DNA of 64,000 bases from the human T2T-CHM13v2.0 reference genome, Homo sapiens. The notes under the pieces were generated by a model. The model had not been told where the DNA came from, did no database searches, and was given only the letters and a program-made list of their open reading frames with translations. How positions within the stretch are numbered: position 1 is the first letter of the stretch; each line of letters begins with the position of its first letter. Both the position numbers and the translations under genes were made by a program. Below, in pieces: positions 40,801 through 53,800 of this stretch. The stretch is taken from NCBI RefSeq assembly GCF_009914755.1, contig NC_060945.1. One strand, 5' to 3'.

Positions 40801-42720
40801 TTTCTCAGATTGCTTCTGTGTAGTTTTTATGTGAAGATATTTCCTTTTCCACAATAGGCCTCAAAGCTTTTCAAATATCCACTTGCAGATTAGAAAAAAC
40901 AGTGTTTCAAAACTGTTCAATCCAAAGTTTCAACTCTGTGAGATGAATGCACGTATCCAAAGAAGTTTCTCAGAATGATTCTGTGTAGTTTTTATGTGAA
41001 GATATTTCGTTTTCCAAAATAGGCCACAAAGCCCTCCAAATATCCACTTGCAGATTCTACAAATAGAGTGTTTCAAAACTGCTCAAGCAAAAGAAAGGTT
41101 CAACTGTGTGAGATAATTGCACACATCACAAAGAAGTTTCTCAGAATGCTTCTGTGTAGTTTTAATGTGAATATATTTGTTGTTCAACTGTTGGCCTCAA
41201 AGCGCTCCAAATATCCACTTGCATATTCTACAAATAGAGTGTTTCAAAACTACTCAATCAAAAGAAAGGTTCAACTCTGTGAGTTGAATACACACATCCA
41301 CAGAAGTTTCTCAGAATTCTTATGTGTAATTTTTATGTGAAGATATTTCCTATTCCACTGTAGGCCTCAATGCGCTCCAAATATCCTCTTGCAGATTCTA
41401 CAAAGAGAGTGTAACAAAACTGCTCAATCAAAAGAAAGTTCAGCTCCTTGAGATGAATGCACACATCGCAAATAAGTTTCTCAGAATGCTTCTGTGTAGT
41501 TTTTATGTGAAGATATTTGTTTTTCCAGAGTAGGCCTCAAAGCACTCCTAATATCCACTTGCAGATTCTGCAAAGACTGTGTTTCATAACTTCTCAATCA
41601 AAAGAAAGTTTCAAGTCGGTGAAATGAAAGCACACAACACAAAGACCCTTCTCAGAATGCTTCTGTGTAGTTTTTATGTGAAGATATTTAATTTTAGACA
41701 ATAAGCCTCAAAGCGCTCCAAATAACCACTTGCAGATTCAAAAAAAAAGAGCTTTTCAAAACTGCTCAATCCAAAGAGAGGTTCAACTCTGTGAGATGAA
41801 TGCACACATCCCAAAGAAGTTTCTCAGACTGCTTCTGTGTAGTTTTTTTTTTTAAGATATTTCCGTTTCCACAATAGGCCACAAAGGAATCCAAATATCT
41901 AGTTGCAGAATCTACAAAAAGAGAGATTCAAAACTGCTCGATCAAAAAATAGGTTCAACTCTGTGAGTTGAATGTACACATCACAAAGAATTTTCTGAGA
42001 ATGTTTCTGTGTAGTTTTTAGGTGAAGATATTTCCTTTTTCAAAACAGGCCTCAAAAGCCCCCAAATATCCACTTGCAGATTCTACAAAAAGATTGTTTC
42101 AATACTGCTCAATCATAAGGCAGTTTCAACTGTGTGAGATGAATGAAGACATAACAAAGATTTTTCTCAGAATGCTTCTGTGAAGTTTTTATGTGAAGAT
42201 ATTTGCTTTTCCACAGTAGGCCTCAAAGCCCTCTAAATATCCACTTGAAGATATTACAAAAACAGTGTTTCAAAACTGCTGAATCATAAAATAGGTTCAA
42301 CTCTGTGATTTGAATGCACACATAGCAAAGAAGTTCCTCAGAATGCTTCTGGGTAGTTTTAATTTGAAGATATTTCCTTTTCCTCCATAGGCCACAAAGG
42401 GCTCCAAATGTCCACTTGCAGATCCTGCAAAAAGAGGGAATCAAAACTGCTCAATGAAAAGATAGGTTCACCTCTGTGGGTTTAATGCACATATCACAAA
42501 GTCGTTTCTCAGAATGCTTCTGTGTAGTTTTTATATGAAGATATTTCCTTTTTCACAATAGGCTGCATGGGTTCCAAATATACACTTGCATTTTCTACAA
42601 AAAGAGTGTTTCAAAACTGCTCAATCATAAGATAGGTTGAACATTGTGAGATGAAAGCACACATCAGAAAGAAGTTTCTCAGAATGCTTCTGTGTAGTTC
42701 TCATGTGAAGATATTTCCTT
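34840..42720. repeat. Fossil 27-monomer (~4.6 kb) tandem duplication / divergent HOR
   Basis: ATGACCAAGACGTTCCTCAG at 34991/39593, GGAATCTAAG at 35401/40003, GAAGGCATTTCC, CCAGAGTAGG and TTTTTCAAAACAGG are offset by ~4600 bp. 42090-42720 matches 38850-39480 (offset ~3240). Confidence 0.87.
39954..40300. repeat. Apparently perfect single-monomer (171 bp) tandem duplication
   Basis: 39954-40124 reads identical to 40125-40295 (GGAATCTAAGCACTCC...CACCATGAATTTTCTC). Confidence 0.9.
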
Positions 42721-45700
42721 TTCCACCTTAGGCTGCAAAGGGCTCCAAATATCCGCTTGCAGATTCTATAAAAAGAGAGATTCAAAACTGATCAATAATA
42801 AGATAGGTTCAACCCTGTGAGTCGTATGCACACATCAGAAAGAAGATTCTCAGAAGTCTTTTTTGTAGTTTTTATGTGAAGATATTTCCTTTTCCACAAT
42901 ATGCATCAAAGCGCTCCAAATATCCAATTGCAGATTGTACAGAAAGAGTGTTTCAAAACTGCTCAATCAAAAGAAAGTTTAAACTTTGTGAGATGAAGGA
43001 ACACCTCGCAAAGAAGTTTCTCAGAATGCCTTTGTTTTATTTTAAGATATTTCCTTTTCCTCCATAGCCCGCAAAAGGCTCCAAATATCCCCTGGCAGAT
43101 TCTGCAAAAAGAGAGATTCAAAACTGCTAAATCAAAAGATAGCTTCAACTCTTCGAATTCAATGCACACATCAGAAAGAAGTTTCTCAGAATTCTTTGGT
43201 GTAGTTTTTATATGAAGATATTTCGTTTTCCATGATAGGCTGCAAAGGGTTCAAAATACTCACTTGCAGATTCTACAAAAACAGAGATTCAAAACTGCTC
43301 AATCAAAACATACGTTCAACTCTGTGTGTTGAATGCACACATTACAGAGAAGTTTCAAAGAATGCTTCTATGTAGTTTTTATGTGAAGATATATCCTTTT
43401 CCACAATAAGCCACAAAGGGCTCCAAATATCCACTTGCAGATTCTACAAAAACGGTGTTTCATAAAGCCCAATCATAAGATAGGTTCAACTCTGTGAGAT
43501 GAATTCACATATCACAAAGAAGTTTCTCAGAATGCTTCTGTGTAGTTTTTATTTGAAGATATTTCCTTTTCCACCATAGGCTGCAAGGGGTTCCAAATAT
43601 CCACTTGCAGATTCTACAAAAAGAGAGATTTAAAACTGCTCAATCAAAAGATAGTTTCAACTCTGTGTGTTAAATGCACACATCACAAAGAAGTTTCTAA
43701 GAAAGCTTCTGTGTAGTTTTTATATGAAGATATTTCTTTTTCCACCATAGGCCTAAAAGCACTCCAAATATTCACTTGCAGATTCTACAAAAAGAGTTTT
43801 TCAAAACTGCTCAATCAATAGAATGTTCAACCCTGTGAGATTAATGCACACATCAAAAAGAAGTTTCTCAAAATGCCTCTGTGAAGTTTTCATGTGAGGA
43901 TATTTGCTTTTCCACAGTCGGCCTCAAATCACTCCAAATATCCACTTTCAGATACTACAAAAACCGTGTTTCAAATCTGCTCCATCAAAAGAAAAGTTCA
44001 ACTCTGTGAGATGAATGCACACATCACAAAGAAGTTTCTCAGAATATTTCTGTGTAGTTTTTATGTGAAGATATCTTCTTTTCTAAAGTAGGCCTCAAAG
44101 CACTCCAAATATCCACCTGCAGATTCTACAAAAACAGTATTTCAAAACTAGTCAATCAAAATAAAGTTTCAACTCTGTGTGGTGAATGCATTCATCACAA
44201 AGAAGTTACTCAGAATGCGTCCATGTAATTTTTATGTGAGGATTATGCTTTTCCACAGTAGGCCTCAAAGCACTCCAAATAACCACTTGCAGATTCTACA
44301 AAAGTGTGTTTCAAATATCCTCAATAAAAAGAAAAATTCAAATCTGTGAGATGATTGCACACATCACAAAGAAGTTTCTCAGAATGGTTGTGTGTAGTTT
44401 TTATGTGAAGATATTTCCTTTTCCGCAGAAGGTCTCAGAGCTCTCCAAATATCCACTTGCGGATACTACAAAAACAATGTTTCAAAACTGCTCATTCGAA
44501 AGAAATTTTCAACACTTTGAGATGAATGCACACATCAAAAAAGAGTTTCTCAAAATGCTTCTGTGTAGTTTTTATTGGAAGAAATTTCCTTTTCCACCAT
44601 AGGCCAGAAGGGGCTCCAAATATCCACTTGCAGATTCTACAGAAAGAGAGATTCAAAACTGCCGAATCAAAAGACAAGTTCAACTCGGTGAGTTTAATGC
44701 ACACATCACAAAGAGGTTTCTCTGAATCCTTCTGCGTAGTTTTTATATGAATATATTTTCTTTTCCACTGTAGGCCTCAAAGCGCTCCAAATATCCACTG
44801 GTGGATTCTACAAAAAGATAGATTCAAAGCTGCTCAATCAAAAGAATGGTTCAACTCTGTGGTAAGATAGATTCTACTCTGTGAGACGAATGCACAATTT
44901 ACAAAGAAGTTTCTCAGAATGCTTCTGCGTAGTTTATATTTAAAGATAACTTCTTTTCCTAAAGAGCATCAAATATCCAATTGCAGATTCTACAAAAAGA
45001 GAGACTCAAATCTGCTCAGTCAAAAGAAAGGTTCAACTTTGTGAGATGAATGCACTCATCATGAAGAAGTTTCTCAGAATGCCTCTGTGTGGTTTCTTTC
45101 TGAAGATATTTGCTTTTCCACAGTAAGCCACAGAGCACTCCAAATATCCACTAGCAGATTCCACAAAAACAGTGTTTCAAAACCGCTCAGTCAAAAGAAA
45201 GATTCAACTCTTTGAGATGAATGCACACATCACAAAGAAGTTTCTCAGAATGCTTCTATGTGGTTTTTATGTGAAGATATTACCTTTTCCACAATAGTAC
45301 TCAAAGCCCTCCAAGTATCCACTTACAGATTCTACAAAGAGAGTGTTTCAAAACTGCTCAATCATAAGATAGGATCAACTCTGTGAGATGAATGCACAAA
45401 TCACAAAGAAGTTTCTCAGAATGCTTCTGTGTAGATTTATTTGAAGATATTTCATTTTCCTCCAAAGGTCACAAAGGGCTCCACATATCCACATGCAGAT
45501 TCTACAAAAACATAGATTCAAAACTGCTCAATCAAATGATAGGTTCAAGTATGTGAGTTGAATGTTCACATCAAAAGTAGTTTGTCAGAATGCTTCTGTG
45601 TATTTTTTATGTGAAGATATTTCCTTCTCCACAATAGGCCTCAAAGCCCTCCAAATATCTACTTGCAGATTCTAGAAAAAGAGTTTTTCATAAGTGCTCA

Positions 45701-46429
45701 ATCAAAAGAAAGTTTCAACTCCGTGAGCACACATCACAAAGAAGTTTCTCAGAATGCTTCTGTGTAGTTTTTATGTGAAGATATATGCTTTTCTACAGTA
45801 GGCCTCAAGTATCTCCAAATATCCACTTGTAGATACTACAAAAAGAGTGTTTCAAAACTGCTCAATCGAAAGAAAGTTTCAACTCTGTGAGATGAATGCA
45901 CACATCCCAAAAAAACTTCTCAGAATGTTTCTGTGTAGTTATTACGTGAAGATATTTCCTTTTCCATAACAGGCTTCAAAGCGCTGCATATATCCTTTAG
46001 CAGATTGTACAAAAAGAGTGTTTGAAAAGTTCTCAATGATAAGATAGGTTCAACTCTGTGAGAAGAATGCACACATCACTAAGAATTTTCTCAGAATGCT
46101 TCTGCGCAGTTTTTATTTGAAGATATTTCCTTTTTCACCATAGGCAGAAAAGGGCCCCAAGTATCCACTTGCAGATTCTGCAAAAGAGATATTCAAAACA
46201 GCTCAATCAAAAGATAGGTTCAACTCTGTGAGTTGAATGCACACATCTTAAATAATTTTCTCAGAATGCTTCTGTGTAGTCTTTATTAGAAAATATTTCC
46301 TTTTCCAAAATAAGCCTCAAATCCTCCAAATATCCACCTGCAAATTTTATGAAAAGAGTGTTTCGAAACTGCTCAATGATATGATAGTTTCAGTTCTGTG
46401 AGATGAGTTCACACATCACAAAGAGGTTT

Positions 46430-49400
46430 CTCACAATGCTGTCATATAGAGTTTATTTCAAGATATGTCCTTTTCCACCATAGGCCAATAAGGGCTCCAA
46501 ATATCCAGTTGAAGTTTCTACAGAAAGAGAGATTCAAAACTGCTCAATCAAAAGATTGGTTCAACTCTGTGAGTTGAAAGCACACATCACAAAATAATTT
46601 CTCAGAATGCTTCTGTGTAGTATTTATGTGAAGATATTACCTTTTCCAAAATAGGCCTCAAATCCCTCCAAATATGCACCTGCAGATTCTACAAAAAGAG
46701 CGTTTCAAATCTGCTCAATCAAAATAAATGTTAAAATCTGTGTGGTGAATGCACAGATCAAAAAGAACTCTCTCAGAATGCGTACGTGTAGTTTTTATGT
46801 GAAGATATTTCCTTTTCCACAATAGGCCTCAAAGCTGTCCAAATATCCACTTGCAGATTCTACGAAAACAGTGTGTCAAAACTGCTCAATATTAAGATAG
46901 GTTCAACTCTGTGAGATGAATTCACACATCAGAAAGAAGTTTCTCAGAATGCTTCTGTGCAGTTTTTATAGGTAGATATTTCCTTTTCCACAATAGGCCA
47001 TAAAGTGCTCCAAATATCCACTTCCACTTGCAGATTCTACAAAAAGAGTGTTTCAAAACTGCTCAATCAAAAGATAGGTTCAACACTGTGAGTTGAATGC
47101 ACACATCAAAAATGAGTTTCTCAGAATGCTTCTGTGTAGTGTTTATGTGAAGATATTTCCTTTTCCAAAATAGGCCCCAAAGCCCTCCAAATATCCACTT
47201 GCAGATTCTACATAAAAAGTGTTACAAAACTGTTCAATCTAAAGAAAGGTTCAACTCTGTGTGATGAATGCACTCATCAGAAAGAAGTTTCTCAGAATGC
47301 TTCTCTGTAGTTTTTATGTGAAGATATATCCTTTTCCACAATAGGCCTCAAAGATTTCCAAATATCCACTTTCAGATTCTACAAAATAGTGTTTCAAAAC
47401 TGCTCAATCATAGTATAGGTTCAACTCTGTGAAAATAATGCACTCATCTCAAAGAAGTTTCTCAGAATGCTTCTGTGTAGTTTTTATATGAAGATATTTC
47501 CTTTTCCACCATAGGCTGAAAAGGGCTCAAAACATCCTCTTGCAGATTCTACAAAAAGAGAAATTCAAAACTGCTCAATCAAAAGATAGTTTCAACTTAG
47601 TGAGTTTAATGCACACTTAACAAAGGTGTTTCTCAGAATTCTTCTGTGTAGTTTTTATTTAAAGATATTTCCTTTTCCACAATAGGCCTCAAAGTGCTCC
47701 AAATGTCCACTTGCAGATTCTACAAAAAGAGTGTTTCAAAACTACTCAATCAAACGAAAAGTTCAACTCTGTGAGATTAAAGCACACATCACAAAGAAGT
47801 TTCTCAAAATGCCTTTGTGTAGTTTTTTTGTGAAGATGTTTTCTTTTCCACATTAGACCTGAAAACAATCCAAATATCCACCTGCAGATTCCACAAAATC
47901 ATTGTTTCAAAATTTCTCAATCAAAAGAAATCTTCAACTCTGTGAGATGAATGCACACATCACAAAGTAATTTCTCACAATGGCTCTGTGTAGTTTTTTT
48001 GTGAAGACATTTTCTTTTCCACAGTAGATCTGAAAGTGCTCCAAATATCCACTTGCTGATTCTACAAAAACAGTGTTTCAAAATTACTCAGTCAAAAGAA
48101 AGTTTCGACTCTGTGAGATGAATTCACATATTACAAAGAAGTTTCTCAGAGTGTTTCTGTGTAGTTTTTATGTGAAGATATTTCCTTTCCAACAAAAGGC
48201 ATCAAAGCTCTCCAAGAATCCACTTGCAGATTCTAGAAAGAGAGTGTAACAAAACTGCTCATTCATAAGATATGTTCAACACCGTGAGATGAATGTACAC
48301 ATTACTGAAGTTTCTCAGAATTCTTCTGTGTAGTTTATATTTGAAGATATTTCCTTTTCCCCCATGGGCTGCAAGGGCTCCAAATATACACTTTCAGATT
48401 CTACAAAAAGAGAGATTCAAAACTGCTCAATCAAAAGATAGGTTCAACTGTGTGAGTTGAATGCACATCACAAAGTAGTTTCTCAGAATGCCTCTGTGTA
48501 GTTTTTATGTGAAAATATTTTCTTTTTCAGAGTAAGCCTCAATTGCTCCAAATATCCACTTGCAGATGCTACAAAAACACTGTTTCAAAACTGCTCAATC
48601 AAAAGAAATGTTCAACTCTGTGAGAGGAATGCACATATCACAGGGAAGTTTCCCAGAAAGCTTCTGTTTAGTTTTTATGTGAAGATATTTCCTTTTCCAC
48701 AGTAGGCCTCATAATGCTCCAAGTATCCACTTACAGATTCTACAAAGAGAGTGTTTCAAAACTGCTCAATCAAAACATAAGTTCAACTCTGTGAGATGAA
48801 TGCACAGATCATGAAGAAGTTTCTCTGAATGCTTCTGTGTACCTTTTCTTTGAAGATATTTCCTTTTTATTCATAGGCCAGAAAGGCACCAAATATCCAG
48901 TTGCAGATTCTATGAAGAGAGATTCAATATTGCTCAATGAAAAGATAGGTTCAACTATGTGAGTTGAATGCACACATCACGAAGAAGTTTCTCAGAATGC
49001 CTCAGTGTAGTTCTTATGTGAAGATATTTGTTTTTCCACAGTAGGCCTCAAAGCACTCCGAATATCCACTTGCAGATTCTACGAAAACAGCGTTTCAAAA
49101 TTGCTCAATCAAAAGAAAATTTCAACACTGTGAGATGAATGCACACATCACAAAGTAGTTTCTCACAATTCCTCCGTGTAGAGTTTATTTAAAGATATTC
49201 CCTTTTCCACCATAGGCCAATAAGGTCTCTAAATATCCGGTTGAAGATTCTACGAAAACATTCAAAGCTGATCCATCAAGAGATTGGTTAAACTCTGTGA
49301 GCTGAATACACATATCACAAAGATGTTTCTCAGAATGCTTCTGTGTAGTCTTTATGTAAAAATATTTCCTTTTCCAAAATAGGCCTCAAAGCCCTGCAAG

Positions 49401-49850
49401 TATCCACCTGCAGATTCTACAAAAAGAGCGTTTCAAATCTGCTCAATCAAAAAAATGTTAAAATCTGTGTAATGAATGTACACATCATAAAGAAGTTTCT
49501 CAGAATGCCTACGTGTAGTTTTTATGTGAAGATATTTCCTTTTCCCCAATAGGCCTCAAAGCTGTCCAAATATCCACTTGCAGATTCTACAAAAAGAGTG
49601 TTTGAAAACTGCTCTATCAAAAGATAGTTTCAAAACTGCGAGTTGAATGTACATATCACAAAGAAGTTTCTCAGAATGTGTCTGTGTAGTTTTGATGTGA
49701 AGATATTTCCTTTTCCAAAATAGGCCTCAAAGTCCTCCAAATATCGACTTGCAGTTTCTACATAAAGAGTGTTACAAAACTGTTCAATCAAAAGGAAAGG
49801 TTCAACTCTGTGTGATGAATGCACTCATAACAAAAAGTTTCTCAGAATGC
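46430..49850. repeat. Old ~4-5-monomer dispersed duplication (~46430-47300 vs ~49160-49850)
   Basis: Shared TAGAGTTTATTT, GGCCAATAAGG, AGATTGGTT, GAGCGTTTCAAATCTG, TACGTGTAG, AAAGCTGTCC and GTGTTACAAAACTGTTC. The offset is ~2730, then ~2550. Confidence 0.8.
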
Positions 49851-50453
49851 TTCTGTGTAGTTTTTATATGAAGTTATTTCCTTTTCCACAATATACCTAA
49901 AAGTGCTCCAAATATAAACTTGCAGATTCTACAAAAAGAGTGACTCAAAACTGTTCAATCAAAAGATAGGTTCAACTCTGAGTTGAATGCACACATCACA
50001 AAAAGTTTCTCAGAATGCTTCTGTGTAGTTGTTATGTGAAGATATTTCCTTTTCCACACTAGGTCTCAAAGCTCTCTAAATATCCACTTGCAGATTCTGC
50101 AATAAGAGAGATTCAGAACTGCTCCATCAAAATATAGGCTCAATTCTGTGAGTTGAATGCACATATCACAAAGATGTTTCTCAGAATTCTTTTGTGTAGT
50201 TTTTATGTGAAGATATTTCCTTTTCCGCAATTGGCCTCAAAGGTCTCCCAATATCCACTTGAACATACTTCAAAAAGAGAGATTCAAAACTGATCAATCA
50301 AAAGATAGGTTCGAGTCCATGAGTTGCATGAACGCCTCAAAAGGAAGTTTCTGAGAATGCTTCTGTGTAGTTTTTATGTGAAGATATTTGCTTTTCCTCA
50401 ATAGGCCTCAAAGCGCTCCAAATATCCACTTGCAGATTCTGCAAAAAGAGAGA

Positions 50454-50818
50454 TTCAAAACTGCTCAATCAAAAGATAAGTTCAACTCTGTTTGTTGAAT
50501 GCACACATAAATAAGAAGTTTCTCAGAATGCTTCTGTGTAGTTTTTATGTGAAGATATTTCCTTTTCCAAAAGAGGCCTCAAAGCCCTAAAAATATCCAC
50601 TTCCAGATTCTACAAAAAGAGTGTTTCAAAACTGCTCAATCAAAAGATAAGTTCAACTCTGTTTGTTGAATGCACACATAAATAAGAAGTTTCTCAGAAT
50701 GCTTCTGTGTAGTTTTTATGTGAAGATATTTCCTTTTCCAAAAGAGGCCTCAAAGCCCTAAAAATATCCACTTCCAGATTCTACAAAAAGAGTGTTTCAA
50801 AACTGCTCAATCAAAAGA
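50454..50818. repeat. Apparently perfect single-monomer (171 bp) tandem duplication
   Basis: CTCTGTTTGTTGAATGCACACATAAATAAG...CCAAAAGAGGCCTCAAAGCCCTAAAA is repeated at exactly 171 bp. Confidence 0.9.
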
Positions 50819-53800
50819 AAAGTTCAACTCTGTGTGATGAATGCACTCATCACAAAGAAGTTTCTCTGAATCCTTCTGTATAGTTTGTATTTGAAGATAT
50901 TTCCTTTTCCACCTTAGGGCGCAAGGGGCTCCAAATATCCCCTTGCAGATTCTACAGAAAGAGAGATTAAAAACTTCTCAATCAAAAGATAGGTTCAACA
51001 CTGTGAGTTAAATGTACTCATCACAACGAAGTTTCTCAGAATGCTTCTGTGTAGTTTTTATATGAAGATATTTCCGTTTCCACAATAGGACTCAAATCGC
51101 TCCAAATATCCACTTGCAGATTCTACAAAAGCAGTGTATCAAAACTGCTCAATCAAAAGAAAGGATCAACTCTGTGAGATGAATGCATACATCACAAAGT
51201 TTCTCAGAATGCTTCTGTGTAGTTTTTGTGTGAACATATTTCCTTTTCCACAATAGGCCTCAAAGTTCTCCAAATACCCACTTGCAGATTCTACAAAGAG
51301 TGTTTCAAAACTGCTCTATCAAAAGAAATGTTTAACTCTGTGACATGAATGCACACATCACAAAGAATTTTCTCAGATTGCTTCTGCCTAGATTTTATAT
51401 GAAGATATTTCCTTTTCTAAAATAGGCCACAAAGCACTCCAAATATCCACTTGCAGATTCTACATAAAGAGTATTTCCAAACTGCTGAATCAAAAGAAAA
51501 GTTCAACTCTGTGAGATGAACGAACGCATCACAAAGCGTTTCTCAGAGTTCTTCTGTCTAGTTTTTATGTGAAGATATTTCCTTTTCCACCATAGGCCTG
51601 AAAGCGCTCCAAATGTCCACTTGCAAATTCTACAAAAAGAGAGTTTCAAAACTGCTTAAAAAAAGAATGTTCAAACTCCTTGAGATGAATGCACACATCA
51701 CAAAGAAGTTTCTCAGATTGCTTCTGTCTAGATTTTATGTGAAGACATTTCCTTTTCTACTATAGGCCGCAAAGCACTCCAAATGTCCACTTGCAGATTC
51801 TACAAAAAGAATGTTTCCAAACTGCTCAATCAAAAGAAAGGTTCTACACTGTAAGATGAATGAACACATCTCAAAGAAGTTTATCAGAATTCTTCTGTCT
51901 AGTTTTTATGTGAAGATATTCCCTTTTCCACCATAGTCTTCAAAGCACTCCAAATGTCCAGTTGTAGATTCTGCAAAAAGAGTTTCAAAACTGCTCAATC
52001 AAAAGAAAGGTTTAACTCTGTGAGATGAATGCACACATCACAAAGAAGATTTTCAGATTCCTTCTGTCTGGATTTTATGTGAAGATATTTCCTATTCTAC
52101 CAATGGAAATAAAGTGCTCCAAATGTGCACGTGCAGATTCTACAAAACGAGTGTTTCCAAACTGCTCAATCAAAAGAGAGGTACAACTCCGTGAGGTGAA
52201 CACACACATCACAGAGAAGTTTGTCATAATTCTTCTGTGTAGTTTTAAACTGAAGATATTTCCTTTTCCACCATAGGCCTCAAAACACTCCAAATGTCCT
52301 ATTGTAGAATCTACAAAAATAGAGTTTCAAAACTGCTCAATCAAACTAAAGGTTCAACTCTCTGAAATGAACGCATTCATCACAAAGAAGTTTCTCAGAA
52401 TTCTTCTGTCTAGTTTCTATGTGAAGATATTTGCTTTTACACCATAGGACTCAAAGCACTCCAAATGTCCACTTGAAGATTCCACGAAAAGAGTGTTTCC
52501 AAAATACTGAATCAAATGAGACGTTCAACTCTGTGAGATGAACGCACACATCATAAAGAAGTTTCTCAGAATTCTTCTGTCTAGTTTTTATGTGAAGATA
52601 CTTCCTTTTCTTCCATAGGAATCAAAGGGCTTCAAATGTCCCTTTGCAAATACTACAAATAGAGAGTTTCAAAACTGTGCAATCAACAGAAAGGTTTAAT
52701 TCTGTAAGACTAATGTACACATCATGAAGAAGTTTCTCAGATTGCTTCTTTCTAGATTTTATGTGAAGATATTTCCTTTTCTACCATAGGCTGCAAAGCG
52801 CTCCAATTGCAGATTCTACAAAAAAAGAGTTTCAACACAGTTCTATAAAAAGAAAGCTTTAAATCTATGAGATGAATGCATACATCACAATGAAGTTTCT
52901 CAGATTCCTTGTGTCTAGATTTTATGTGAAGATATTTCCTTTTCTGTGATAGGCCTCAAAGCACTCCAAATGTCCACTTTCATATTCTACAAAAAGAGGG
53001 TTTCCAAACTGCTCAATCTAAAGAAAGGTTCAACTCTGTGAGATGAACGCACACATCACAAAGAAGTCTGTCAGAATTCTCCTGTCTAGTTTTTATTTGA
53101 AGATAGTACCTTTTCCAGCATAGGCCTCAAAGCGATCTAAATGTCCACTTGCAGATTCTACAAAAACAGAGTTTCAAAACTGCTCAATCAAAAGAAAGTT
53201 TCAACTCTGTGAGATGAACGCACACATCACAAAGTAGTTTCTCAGAATGTTTCTATCTAGTTTTTATGTGAAGATATTTCCTTTTCCACCATAGGTCTCA
53301 AAGCGCTCCAAATGTTCACCTGCAGATTCTACAAAAAGAGTGTTTCTAAAATGCTCAATCCAAAGAAAGGTTCAAATATGTGAGATGAACGCACACATCA
53401 CAAACAAGTTTCTCAGAATGCTTCTAGATAGTTTTTATATGAAGATATTTCCTTTTCTACCATAGGACACAAAGTGCTCTGAATGTCCACCTGAAGATTC
53501 TACAAAAACAGTGTTTCCAAACTGCTCAATCAAAAGAAAGTTTCAACTCTGTGAGATGAAAGTACAAATCACAAAGAAGTTTCACAGAATTCTTCTATCT
53601 ACCTTTTATGGGAAGATATTTCCTTTTCCACCATAGGCCTCAAAGCACTCAAAATGTCCACTTGCAGATTCTACGAAAAGAGAGTTTCAAAATTGCTCAA
53701 TCAAAAGTAAGTTTTAACTCTGTGAGGTGAATGCACACATAACAAAGAAGTTTATCAGATTGCTTCTGTATAGATTTTATTTGAACATATTTCCTTTTCT

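Larger units (their letters stand above)
34500..51340 (-). repeat. Divergent monomeric alpha satellite, layer B, right part
   Basis: Same TGTGTAG, AAAAGATAGG and AAGGGCTCC diagnostics as 13.7-28.3 kb. The monomer resumes in phase after the L1. Confidence 0.9.
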
